NCBI GenBank assembly: GCA_002633005.1
Contig: NMRA01000803.1
Span: 1 to 64,000 of the forward strand
From: Phoronis australis
Taxonomy: Eukaryota > Animalia > Phoronida
Length of the DNA: 64,000 bases
Reading direction: 5' to 3'
Shown: piece by piece, positions 52,181 through 64,000 of the stretch
Layout of the letters: the number at the start of each line of letters is the position of its first letter
Numbering within the stretch: the first letter of the stretch is position 1
Made by a program: the position numbers and the translations under genes
The notes under the pieces: generated by a model
What the model was told of the DNA's origin: nothing
Databases searched by the model: none
The model's input: only the letters and a program-made list of their open reading frames with translations

Positions 52181-53224
52181 ATGGACATCATGACCCTTGG
52201 TCGACAGTTTGCTCGCCATGCATCTACTATCCTGATTGGAGGCATATTTTTGTTCTTCAGCGGTGTACTTTATCTGTCCTTTTGCCAGATGAATTGCAGT
52301 GAACATCAGTTTCGTGTTAAACACAATAAAGGCGTTCTTCTAGCCAAGAAACGCAACCTACCCGACACAGGGTCTTCTTGGCTTAAGGGATCAAAAACAT
52401 TATCTACCTTTCTGGCTGTTGTAATCATGACTGGTCCAGATAACGCACCCAGTCGAGATGTAATTCGCCAAACGTGGGCATCTTCCGTGTCAAGACTTTC
52501 GGAGGATGTCAAAATTTTCTTTGTAATTGGATCCGGTAATTTAGACATCAATTCCAGGCAAAAATTGGAATTAGAAAATCACCAGCATCACGATTTGTTA
52601 ATATTAGCAGCTTTAAATGATTCATACAATCAGCTAACAACCAAGTTACTAAAAACCTTGGTGTGGCTTGAACACCACGTTGACCTGCAGTTTGTGATGA
52701 AAGCAGATGATGACTCATTCATCAGACTGGACGTTCTCCTAGAAAAGCTGAAGGGTATGGAACCCAAAGCATTATATTGGGGATTTTTCAATGGTCCTGG
52801 CAGAGTTAAGAAGCATGGGCCATGGGCTGAAAACAGTTGGATTCTGTGTGACAACTATCTACCGTATGCTCTAGGTGGTGGCTATGTGTTGTCTGCAGAT
52901 TTGGTCACCTATGTAGCTTCCAATGCAAACATGTTTGTGAAATTTAAAAGCGAAGATGTTTCACTAGGGACGTGGCTAGCAGCTGTGAATGTGAACCGCG
53001 TCCATGACGTCAGGTTTGACACGGAGTACATATCGCGAGGTTGTAATAACGCCTACATTGTCACTCACAAGCAGAGCGCTCAAGATATGCATGAGAAGCA
53101 CGCAAATTTACTACAGACAGGAAAGTTATGCACCAAGGAGTTTCGAGTCAGAAACTCGTATCAGTACAACTGGAAACTTCCCAGATCAAAGTGCTGTGAA
53201 CGAAACGATCCAAGCATTCCTTGA
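52181..53224 (+). CDS. B3GALT6: Beta-1,3-galactosyltransferase 6 (GT31, GAG linker galactosyltransferase II), single coding exon
   Basis: N-terminal TM, RDVIRQTW, KADDDSF (DxD), LYWGFFNG, LCDNYLPYALGGGYVLSADLV, EDVSLGTWLA, HDVRFDTEYISRGC. ATG 52181 preferred over 52109 because an acceptor (tcttgcag) lies at 52171-52178. Confidence 0.95.
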   Translation: MDIMTLGRQFARHASTILIGGIFLFFSGVLYLSFCQMNCSEHQFRVKHNKGVLLAKKRNLPDTGSSWLKGSKTLSTFLAVVIMTGPDNAPSRDVIRQTWASSVSRLSEDVKIFFVIGSGNLDINSRQKLELENHQHHDLLILAALNDSYNQLTTKLLKTLVWLEHHVDLQFVMKADDDSFIRLDVLLEKLKGMEPKALYWGFFNGPGRVKKHGPWAENSWILCDNYLPYALGGGYVLSADLVTYVASNANMFVKFKSEDVSLGTWLAAVNVNRVHDVRFDTEYISRGCNNAYIVTHKQSAQDMHEKHANLLQTGKLCTKEFRVRNSYQYNWKLPRSKCCERNDPSIP

Positions 53225-54044
53225 AGAATATGTTCAAGTCTTAGGACGGTTGTTGTTTATTTAAGTGTCTGGAAACATGAAAACAACTACCGGTATATAC
53301 ACTTTGTTTGGTTGGTTTAATCTGCATTCTGAGGCATAGGGGCTTCTTCTTGTGATCATAAATTAATTTGATATTTTGTTACCAAGGTACATCCATCTGA
53401 AAAGGCTCCACTGAACTAAATGTTCGCAACAGTTGACTCTGGTTTCATTTCGGAAGGTATTCTTTCACAGATCTGATAAATGCGACTCGTACAAGAGTAT
53501 CCAAAATTGAACTGAGGTCTATATTACCCATCACAAAACAAATAGTGTCTTGTGCCTTTAATGAAAATGAGGCAAAAATAACACTTTAATTCATGCACTT
53601 GGTCATTCAGACTAGTTGCATTTCAACTTCCTCGCTGTGGCAAAATCTCGTTCCTGAGGGATCTGACATATGCAAGTTGAAACTCATTTTGGACCGAATT
53701 AGATCTGGTTAGATAGTTTAACAAATTTACACAGCCATTTTGATTAAGCCTTGTGCAGCAATCAGGTTTACGTAATTCAAAATCGCCAACTTCAAACCAG
53801 AGTAAGTGAAGGTTGCAGCAATGATTCCAGCAGGATGGCCACTCAAACAACTTGTACAGCTTGATCCATAGCAAATCACTACAGTAAAAAATCTCTAAAC
53901 ATATATGCTATCAAGATGCTGTGTATGACTTTGACATTATTTGTTGGCATATGGTGCTATAAATTAAAATTCAAGTGAATGTAAACACTGTTAGTTTTAC
54001 TCATCGGACGTTACTCAACAATGTAGTCTAAGTATATTCATATG

Positions 54045-54203
54045 CCGGGGCGGATCCAGGATTTTTTTAAAAGGGGGGTTGGATCAAGAACTTTTTAAAA
54101 AGGGGGTCCAAGTCAACAATTAGGTAAATTCTAAGTTTTATACACTGAAATCAAGGGAAAAGGAGGCAGTCTAGATCCCTTTGACCCCCTGGATCCACCT
54201 ATG
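54045..54203. mobile_element. MITE (ggcggatccagg TIR), 6 bp TSD CATATG
   Basis: ccggggcggatccagg ... cctggatccacctatg flanked by CATATG on both sides. Confidence 0.75.
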
Positions 54204-54757
54204 CATATGGGTTCAGCAACAAACAAGACCAAAGAAATTAGCAACATTTCAGGAGTGGTACATTTAGACATATACTGGATAACACATTCTCACTAGATCT
54301 CATTTTTTACTGAAACTTTGACAGACAAGTCTTCGTTCCAAATCAGAACAAATCCGAAAATTAATAATTATACGTTTTCTTCAAGTTGCACCAACCACAG
54401 AAACATGAGCACCGTTGCCGTCGCCCAGCATTCCATCTTATGGTTTCAAATATTGCAACAAAAATGTCCAAAAATATCTCACTGGCGCATTTTAATCCTG
54501 TAGCATTATCAAAATGCTTTAAGAGTGCATCTGAGATACGCACTCACCAAGCTCCTTCAATATTTCAAGGTTCTGGTAGTGAGTTCATGTTTCGTACTGA
54601 AGCGTTAACTGTTTTAGCAACGAGACATGCAGACATTTTGCAGATACTAAAGGTTCGCTGTTTAGCTGAAACGACAGCAACTTAATGAGTTGACACAACG
54701 CTAGATCCTCCTCGGTGTGTCACGTGCCCTAATGAACCACACACAATCGCACAACTC

Positions 54758-57700
54758 TCATTGCTGTTCCTCATTTAAACCCCACTCCTCTTCCAGATGA
54801 CTCGTGTCCGCATCAGGAAACCTCTCCTTCAACTTACGCAACTTATTCTTGAGATGAATTCGTCGCCTCCGTGCTTTCCTCAGTTTTTGTTCCTGCTGAA
54901 GAATCAAATACTTTTCCGTCCATGGACCGAGCAGTCTCTTTTTCAAATGATATGTTCTCGACACATACTCGGGGAATGGATACTCCACCGTTCGTCGCGT
55001 CACACTCTCGCCCAGAATGTTCACGTCTTTTCTCATCTCAGGCTCTCCCGTGCGACCCGTTTCTAACACGTGAAATGCGCGATTCCTCTCAGCAACCACC
55101 TCCATTAAATTATCCATACTTTCTTCAACCTGTGGGGTGGGAAGCATGAATTTAAAGAAGTAGTATGCCCAAACAGAATAAAGTCAAACGTTACACATCT
55201 AGTAATAACCAGAGGACAACTAATCCAGTGGTGGGACTCTGAACTGACGGTGGCACACGGATACTAGCCACGCTAATCATAACCTTGTAGTTATTTCGAA
55301 CCTGGTAACCAAGACTACCGCCATTACCTTGGTCTCTTTCTTTTCTCTGCAGGCACTTTGCGGTTTATGAGGGAATTTCTCTAAATTGTCAAAACACTAA
55401 ATTTTCAAAAGGATGTGAAGTAAGATGTTGCAATAAACTGACTCTAAATTTTATTAAATTTAACCACAGATCATACACAACAGATTCGCAGGTCCGACAT
55501 TATCATATGGAATTCCCAGAAGAGGTGTCACTTTCCAGTTATTGAGCAGATGTAAAACCATGACTCTCACCAGACATCACTAGTGAATAATGACTTCGCG
55601 ATCAATGGTGTTGGCTATGGCTTATGCATATGATCACAGATTTTGTCCACTGAGAATACAGAGTTGGCAGTACAAGTACTTTAGTCTATGATTTAACCAA
55701 CAACTCAGGGCTTGGAATGACTAATGATAAAAAAAGAAAATTTTCCATGTGATGTATCGTTTCACAAATAAATAGGCTTGGGTGATAGAAAAATTTTTGT
55801 GCGGAAAAATTTAAGTGGACTAGACGTTTTTGCATGAATAAAATTAAGTCAAAATAATGATAAAAAGACAAAAAGAAAGTAAACTGAAAATCAAATACGA
55901 GGAAATTGAAATCAAAAAAGAGGAAATCTTCTTAAAAGAGGAAAATTCCAAGACCTGATTACAAAATGGCATACACAACATATTTTCAGTGAATACAACC
56001 TTTCCTATCTCGTCCTGATGTGTCCACAATAATAGGAATTGTCGCCAACAGAAGGTCTATGATAAAAGGGTCAGTTAAGAGGCCTACCTTTTCCAACCTT
56101 TCAGGATTGGGAAAGAGTTCCAACTGCCGTTTATATTCCTGTTGCATCGTTAACAGCATATTCATCTCTTTCAGTAAAACATACCTGTAATTAACCACTG
56201 ATTAAATGTACATGAATCGATATCAGATAAAAATGTCCACCACCACTAGCCTACATGTAGTTGCACTAGGTGTTCCTTTTTGCAGGACTGGTATGAATCA
56301 TTGCCAAAGTTGGCTACTACTTCTGTGGCGGACTTACTCACAGTGAGCAAACAATCGATCTATAACACTTTTCAGGGACACCTCTTGACAATATCACTGA
56401 CGGAATTGTCTTGTCCATTCCAAAGTGCTAAGTTATCTCTTCTTTAAAACTGTGTCATGTAAATAGTATAAAGGCTTTCGTTTTTCTTTCATAATTAAAA
56501 TATGACTTGTGTTAAGCAGAATACGTAATGTGAATTCATCATTTCATCACATTCGTGTGAACCAGAGAATTAACCATCACGTTATCAGCAATGAAATGTG
56601 CAGTACCGACAGTTCCCAGTGGGGAACATTGGCCGATCTTCACACCGATATGCTTTCTAGAGTCTGCAAGAAATCGCTCGATAGCGGTATTTGGTATTTG
56701 CAGGTTTTCATAGATGTAATTCTAAAACAAAACAGTGTTGCTCAAAATAGTTGTGCCACACCTGAACTTGGGGTCTAATCTTTGTTCTCAAAATGAAACT
56801 CAAACAATATTTTTGATCCATTCTGTTCTATTATTGGGAGAACTGAGGTATTCAATTATTCAGTGCTAGTTAGAGTACATTCTGGTTTAGATGGACTGCT
56901 GCCTATATCTAGTTTGCATTTGGATGAACCCTAAGTTTAAGCTAAAAACCTGAGTTCTGGTGTAAAAACTTTAATTTCTAGTTCGGATTCAAACTTTTAC
57001 CTTAAATGCTGGTGTCATTAAAAGCAAACTAGGGTTAGACAGCCCGATTTCGAATACAAAGATTATGCCCTGGGCCCTTGATAAGGGGGAGTACGGAATT
57101 TAAAATCCACACCTTATTACTGTCAAATGCATGTTATATGTTATTCGTTCACAGGCGATGACTTCCTGTGAAAAATGAGGAATGATGCAAAAACTACAAA
57201 CCAGTTGGTTCCTTCTCAGTGGTTTTAGTGCCCTTCTCTTCTACGGACATAACATCACTTGAAAGTTTTGTGGTAACAGGGACAGGAAAGGCCTGGGCAA
57301 CCTTTAGTCCATTAGTTTTACAAAACGAGCCTGTTCTAACACAAGTCAAAGCTGATTTCAAAGCTTTAACTTCCCGAATCAGTAAATGTGGTTTGTTTCC
57401 ATTGTAAAAATGATGAAAAAAATCATACTTTTAGTCTGTGGTGCGGTCCAAAACGGCAGCTATATACAATCATTATCACACTGCCTTGTACATTTTTGGC
57501 TCAGAATCGTTCACAGACTGTGCTATCTGATTTTACATCAGCAACCAAGCTCGCTTATGGCTTCAATAACACACGCTTTGTTTAATTAGCTACAGTTCCA
57601 GCTAATTTTAGTGTCTCCAATGGTAAATGGTTTCAGATCCCCCTTCATTATGGATGAGACTGGGAATTTTTTGAAGGATGGTCGCATAGAGACTTTCAGC

Positions 57701-60700
57701 TCAACACCAAAAGAGACACTCTGTGAATCTCACATTGTAATATGGCTAACAAATTAACGTGACAAACTTCATAAAGATTCCAGGAAAGTCTCACCATAAT
57801 TTGTGAAGGTCACTATTACTTTTGATACGCAACTCTTCCTTCTTCCAAGGACGGCCTGAAAGACAATAAATACATAATTATTAGGTTACTCTATTTAGAT
57901 CAAAGTGAATCTTAAAATCTGAACCAATGATCGTGAAAACTTAACAATCTTACTCTCCTTCCTTCGTTTTACTTTGCAACCTTCCCAGGTTGTAGAATAA
58001 CCAGGTACACAGTGTCAGAATAAATATTGATTAAGTAATTAGTAAGAATAGATCCATTTTAAGTTGCCCAAAATTTGTGCATATGTACTTTTAAATCATG
58101 GGGTCAGACTTGTTGACATGTATTTTAACGTCAAAATCTATTTTTAGATGGTGTTTACAACTTTGGGTTCTGGGGTCAAAGTACTTTAGAGATTCTAGAA
58201 TATTCTGAGAACAAATTGTAACAGCCAATAATACGAGTGGATATGATCATGTGGTTTTTATTAGCCAATCACTAAATAAGTAGAATGTTATATTATGGGC
58301 TGAAATCAGCAAGATAATTAGATGCGCTAAAGTAGTTGAAGCATAAAGACTTGCTACAGTGTACAGAAGCAGTTGTACGACAGAGCCATCTCGTGGAAGA
58401 TTCTAGAAAGGATCTTGGCAAGGGCAAGGGTTAACGAACCGGAAGTTAACTAAGAGCTTGTCACTTGCATTGTGGGTAGTAAGATACTACCTGAAGTGTT
58501 GCGTCATCAGCCAGAGACTGTGACCAGCAAGAAGAGTCGCGGGTAGAAGAAATTGCCTGCAAGTGTTGCATCACCAGAGACGGTGACCAGCAAGTACACT
58601 GTCGCTATACAGTGTGTGTAGTTCGAAGATTCACCAACAGGACAGACATCCAACAAGTGGAGAGTCCTAGCTTGGATAGCAGATAAGACATTTGATCGTT
58701 TGGTTGTTTGATTAAAGTAATCTTTAAAGAGGGCGCTAGCGTAGTTTCTCTTTGTAGTTGATTACTTAATTAACAATAGGTTTCATTTGTCTAATTAGGG
58801 GTTATCATATAATAAAATAATTACTGGATTTGATTATTCACTCTCCATCTACGCACAACTTCAAAGCATAGCTACCTTTTAAACAAACCCACACAGACAA
58901 TCGTCTGACACACAGTAACACACGAATAAATTATCAAAAAATATTTTAGAAAAATGTTTTCATGCACAGGCAATGTAATGGCCCAACATTCTCATGAGAT
59001 TGATTATTCGTCATTATACATTTGGCCAAGTCATAGGTTATAACTAAGTGCCCTTTTCTTGGCAATTTTGCGTAAATCTGGTCTAACTTTTGGACATTAC
59101 CACACTTAATAGTATCTTCACTCCATAGCGTTTTGTCCTCAAAGAATTCCATCAGGTCTTGATTACAGCATGAGGTGTGAAAATTACATGACGATGGGGC
59201 AGAGGCAGCAATCCAGGTCCTTGAACTGAAACGACAACCACACTAATCAGGCAGCAATCCAGGTCCTTGAACTGAAATGACAACCACAGTAATCAGAGGC
59301 AGCAATCCAGGTCCTTGAACTGAAACGACAACCACAGTAATGAGACACAGCAATCCATCAGTGAATTTGTTAGTCATTGGAACATGTGGGATAGTGGAAA
59401 TTTGTAACACAGCCCTGCCATCTATTAGACAAGTGAGAAATTTCCATCACTGCAAGCTTCTTTATTTCTTAAAGGCCAAAGCAGGAAGACCTCCACAAAA
59501 CCTTAAAGTCTCGATAATCTGAAAATAAGAAGCAAAAATGGCCTTGTGAGATAAAAACTTCAAGATCAAGAGAGTGCAACAGAACTTATTGACTACTCGA
59601 TAAAGTTAGAAGACCTTTTGGGAGAACAAGGTGTATACCTCAAACATTCCTGTTGACGCTCATGCTCATGTAAGTGCCTACCCCTGCTTCTGAAAACTTA
59701 GATCAAACGCCCACTGCTCAAGCCAACGCCCGCTAAATAAATTTTAAAAACAGGAAGACAAATGCAGAAACCGAATCAAATTCGAGTCGTAGTATACGGT
59801 AGTTTTCAGTCATAGCAGGGGACATTACATTCTATTGGCATCTTTTGTGGTGCATTAAAATAGCCAAGTAGTCGAAATTGACATTTACGAAGACTGCAGA
59901 TAGCTACAGATTCATTCTAAGCTACAATTTTATGTTTCAAAAGAATTTGTCTTTTTCCATTGCTTAAAGTGCAAAACTCCAACTTTGTTTACCTCTGAAG
60001 ATGACGTGACATTAGAGACATATATGATGGATTAACAAGTCATTTCATGGCTGACCTATTTTTCCATGTATTGCACGTATTCGACACTAAAGAACCAAAG
60101 TTAACTGTTTGGTAATGGAAATCCACTTGAAGTCCAAGTATCGACTGGTTTAATTTACGTAAAATTACTTATTGAAAACATAAACAACATGAGTGACAAC
60201 ATTTCCTTGCTCGTTCCAGCGCATCGATCTGTAATCCGGCAAGGCTGTTACACCCCAAACGGATGCCTGCACCAAACTGATTTGGTACACTTTAATTTGG
60301 TGCAGCTTGGTGAGCCAAATTGATGCCTGTGCCAAACTGACGCTAACTGTAAGTTCCCAAATTACTGCCAGTGGTTTATGTTTTCTTAACAGTTATCAGA
60401 ACGGAAATTGATGACAACGAGTGGTGCGTAATAGTTTCCCAGGATACTTACCCCATGTGATTAATCCATATGACTTCGATACACGATCACTCAATGTCGT
60501 CAGGTTCGATTTTGATAACCATTAAAAACCCATAAACCACTGCCAGTAATTTGCAACTCACGGTAGCTTCAGTTTGGCACAGGCATCAGTTTGGGATGCA
60601 ACAGCGGCACACAAGGCCTGGTGGGAGTTTATTGACAGGGCTCTACATCAAAAATTGCCGAAAAGAAAAATGTTCCACAGACACTAGAATCTGTCTACCA

Positions 60701-61141
60701 TCAACATTGCAACCTCTGGCTCTGGCGCTGCATCACAAAATGTTAGTAACACTTAACCGTGGCGAAAACCCAGTGTTTTCTAAATCTCGACTGGAATTAC
60801 AAAATCCATTTGATACGTTCAAAATATGTATTCCGAGTTCAAGCATACGCTATCTTGAGATTCAGCACGACTCCAAGTCTCCAAGTTCACGCAAGTCAAT
60901 TACTGACTAAGCCTAACTCCCTCAGCCTACGCCGGGAAAACAGGTAAAAACTGAGACGGATAAGACGATAAAAATAATTGTGAAATAAAACACCTTCAGT
61001 GGATTGCTTCAGTGCAATGATATATGTGTAAAAACCATACCAAGACAAGGGACGGAGTGTCATTGCGCTGAATTTCTTAACCACTGACGGCAACATATTT
61101 CTTAAAAATCCAGAGAATTTCGAAGACATGGAGGCTGCCAT
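54758..61141 (-). CDS. MRPL47: Mitochondrial ribosomal protein L47 (uL29m)
   Basis: Exons 61141-61041, 59225-59101, 57855-57795, 56184-56088, 55129-54758; phase-consistent. Transit-peptide-like N-terminus, then LMEFFED...[33 protein letters not shown]...[33 protein letters not shown]. Confidence 0.95.
55706..55957. mobile_element. Internally deleted relative of the 44020-44523 element, in an MRPL47 intron
   Basis: cagggcttggaatgact ... aattccaagacctg termini; TSD not preserved. Confidence 0.7.
59202..59345. repeat. Three tandem 46-48 bp units overlapping the MRPL47 exon 2 acceptor
   Basis: (ag)aggcagcaatccaggtccttgaactgaaa.gacaaccaca.taat repeated three times. Confidence 0.9.
60244..60606. 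mobile_element. Palindromic MITE in MRPL47 intron 1
   Basis: tgatgcctgtgccaaactga...aaattactgccagtggtttatg is mirrored by cataaaccactgccagtaattt...tcagtttggcacaggcatca; termini gctgttacaccccaaac / gtttgggatgcaacagc. Confidence 0.75.
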
Positions 61142-61386
61142 TTTCTCTTATTTAGGTCACGAGAAGTTGCGAGAAAAGTATAATTTAAATGCTCGAATTG
61201 TTATAAATTAATGTAAAAAATCGATTCTGCATAAACACAGCATCTTTTTTACATGTAAATGTGTTTCTTGAATGCAATAGTTCCAAGAATCATTAGCATA
61301 TTTTATTCATAAATGTTTTTTGGAGCACAAGCTTTGAGGCTATTAAAGGAGATTTCATTTCACATGTGTTCAGCCATATTTCGAAC
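61142..61386. promoter_or_regulatory. Bidirectional promoter region between MRPL47 and PHB2
   Basis: Divergent ATGs at 61141 (-) and 61387 (+), only 245 bp apart. Confidence 0.75.
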
Positions 61387-61516
61387 ATGGACGGTAAAAA
61401 GATTCAAGATTTAGCTGGCCGTGTGGCTAAAGGTGGAAAGGGTGCAGGAGCCGGAGTTGGTTTTCTGGCTGCAGCGGCCGGTATTGGCTATGGGATTATG
61501 CAGTCAATGTACACAG
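61387..61516 (+). CDS. PHB2: Prohibitin-2, first coding exon (rest of gene beyond the window)
   Basis: MDGKKIQDLAGRVAKGGKGAGAGVGFLAAAAGIGYGIMQSMYT followed by a phase-1 GT donor at 61517; resembles the PHB2 N-terminus (DLAGR..G...G...L.....YG...S..TV). Confidence 0.85.
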
Positions 61517-61822
61517 GTAAAGTTACGTGACCGTTGTCACCGGCTCGGATTTTGTTAGAAATCCAGGTCCAGGACGATTTCATTTTGCTTTGCGTCATTT
61601 TGCATGAAACTGAATTGCATAAGCCATCAATTTCGGTTTTTAAAAAGGTTCAACTTTTGGTAACTGCTAAGCGATTGAGTAAAGATTTTATTATTGTTTC
61701 GTGAGTGGGCCACCACCTTTACCTAGTTGGTCAACTAAGTCCAACACCAAGGCAGGGCAAGGCTGCTTCATTTTTGATTTTTTCCAACCACATGCGTCCT
61801 TAGGCCTAGCTTCTTATCGTCC

Positions 61823-62757
61823 CCTAGGCAATGATCATCGCCTCTGTTGGCCTGAACCAGAGGCGATGCAGAGGCTATAGGCGCTCTGTACGCTGGAAGC
61901 TTTTCGGCGAATTATGCCTTGCACCGACTAATCACTAAACCATCAAAGCCACGTTGTTATAAATACCTTTTGCCGCTTGCGCATAGAGGAACACCTTAGG
62001 AGGTTGTCGATGTGTTTAATTCCTTCCAACTCGAACAAATACTCCCGTTATGAAACTATTTCTTCGAGCAGTCCCTATTTCAGTTCCCAAAATCGTGAAA
62101 TCAACATTTTCATTTTTTTAACCAGGCCGAAGGTCAGAAGTTGCGTACCTTTGAAAGCTGAAGTTCCCGCCCTTCACGTACGTGCTGCCGGGAACCAGCC
62201 GTGCATTTGCCGTGTTGTTAAACATTAAAATTTCAAATATGTGCACAAAGACTATTAAATGTCATATCAACAGCATTTATTTTTATCAAATACAAACAAT
62301 AATTCATTGAAATACAATCAGTTTCAAGTAACGCCAATTAAAGACAAGTATAAGTGGTGGCATTTTTGAAACGAACATTTGACTGACAAGACCGCAATGG
62401 CTCACCTTTGGCCTATTTAAAGATTGAGGTCATGAAGTCATATCACCTAGCGAGCGCGGTAAAAATTGGAGCGTGCGCAGTATAAAAATGGTGAGTTCAC
62501 GATTTTGGGAACTGAAATAGGGACTGCTCGAAGAAAAAGTTTGATAATGGGAGTATTTGTTCGAGTTGGAAGGAATTAAACACATCGACAACCTCCTCAG
62601 GTGTTCCTCTATGCGCAAAAGGTATTTATAACAACGTGACTTTGATGGTTTAGTCGGTGCGAGGCATAATTCGCCGAAAAGCTTCCGGCGTACAGAGCGC
62701 CTATAGCCTCTGCATCGCCTCTGGTTCGGGCCAACAGAGGCGATGGTCATTGCCTAA
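61823..62757. repeat. ~290 bp inverted repeat pair (61823-62115 / 62483-62757) in PHB2 intron 1; further diverged copies at 62760-62990, 63580-63950 and ~50900-51010
   Basis: The same peptide RIEEHLRRLSMCLIPSNSNKYS appears on opposite strands in the ORF track; the motif gaagctttt..cgaattatgcct..cactga.taaac.atcaaagtc recurs. Confidence 0.88.
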
Positions 62758-64000
62758 TCGTCCCCAAGACAGTGTATATAGGAGCTTCATATGCCGGAAG
62801 AATTTTGACGAATTATGCCTCACACTGATTAAAACATCAAAGTCACGTTGTTATAAATATAAGAACCATTTGTGCATAGAGGGACACCTTAACTTTAAGC
62901 TCATGAGGCCGTCGATGTCTTTATTTCCTTCCAATCCAGCTCCAGCAAATTCCCTTAATCAAACTTTTTTTAGCAGTCTGTCCTTCAAGTGCCTAAATCA
63001 GCAGCTGGTAATTAAATACACTGATGGCCTCCTAAGCCAAGGTGCCCCTTTCTGCGCCGAAGTATCTATAATGTTTCAAAGAGGCCTAGAATGCGTTTTT
63101 AATCGGACTAAATTACAATATTGAAAGTGGTTCCCTGCCACTGAAACAGAATTCAACCTGCTCACGGGGTATTTTTAGGTTTGTTCGTAAAGATTTTTAA
63201 TTTCTGTTCATGTAAAATCATTTTCTTATAGTTTTAAATTTCAAAAAACGGTGTTGAACTGCTCAACATTTCATCAATTTTCTCCCACAAGGCAAAGCAG
63301 ATAGATGTAGCAAATTTCCCTTATGTGGAAAATGTGTGACCTTTGACCTCAAGTGACTTCAAGCAACTCACTGTGAGTGCATGCACAAATTTATCATAAA
63401 GGGACCTTTATACGTATTTCAAAAATCATGAATTTTGTGATTTTTTCTGGAAATTCCCTCCTGGTGGAAAGTGAATTCTGTACTAGACGTTGCAAGATGG
63501 TACTTTTGTCAGGAATTTAAAAGATATTTTTGACGAGCTTTCACGTTTCATGCCTATTTAATCAGTGCAACTCGTAATTCACACAAAAGCTTTTGGCACC
63601 TATAGGTGCTTCACCATCCTGAAGTCTAGTCGAGACGATTGCAAGTGCTGTCTACCCTCAATATAGACAGTGCCACCAGTGATGCTCTCATAGGGCCATC
63701 GTACGTCAGAAGCTTTTCACCGAATTATGCCTCACACTGATTAAACTGTCAAAGTTATGTTGCTGTAAGTAGATTTTGTGTGGAACACATTAGGAGGTCG
63801 TTGATGTCTTTAGAGCAAAAGGTACTTATAGCAACATGACTTTGATGGTGTAATCAGTATGAGCCATAATTTGCCAAAAAGCTTCCGGTGTATGAAGGTC
63901 CTATGGGAGCATCACCATCTCTACTCCTGACGAGAGACGGTGGCACTTTCTAACCTCCAACTAGACTAGACTATTCCACTGTCTCAACCGGCTGCAGTAG

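Noticed and set aside
58217-58920. Possible solo LTR in an MRPL47 intron (TG start, internal direct repeat, AATAAA)
   Set aside because: No matching CA end with a TSD could be identified.

Overview
Eukaryotic, intron-rich invertebrate genomic DNA (lophotrochozoan-like; this is inference), roughly 40% GC, with one N-gap (5080-5407) and single Ns at 8633, 11096, 16392 and 41246. The right third is a compact housekeeping cluster that I spliced by hand: UBE2J2 (-), intronless B3GALT6 (+), MRPL47 (-) and exon 1 of PHB2 (+), arranged as two head-to-head pairs. The most notable item is largely hidden from the ORF track. It is a minus-strand, at least 6-8 exon gene (about 22.0-32.0 kb) encoding an anthrax-lethal-factor/PPEP-like (M34-like) zinc metallopeptidase domain of bacterial type, joined by a Gly-Thr linker to a C-terminal ShKT toxin domain. 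The left part holds a signal peptide plus TACI/BCMA-type TNF-receptor cysteine-rich exon, two degenerate paralogous ORFs with PLDLS and LxxLL motifs, a LINE ORF1 remnant and a ~3.3 kb tandem duplication. A decayed CR1/L2-type RT element and many MITEs with 5-6 bp target-site duplications are spread through the window.
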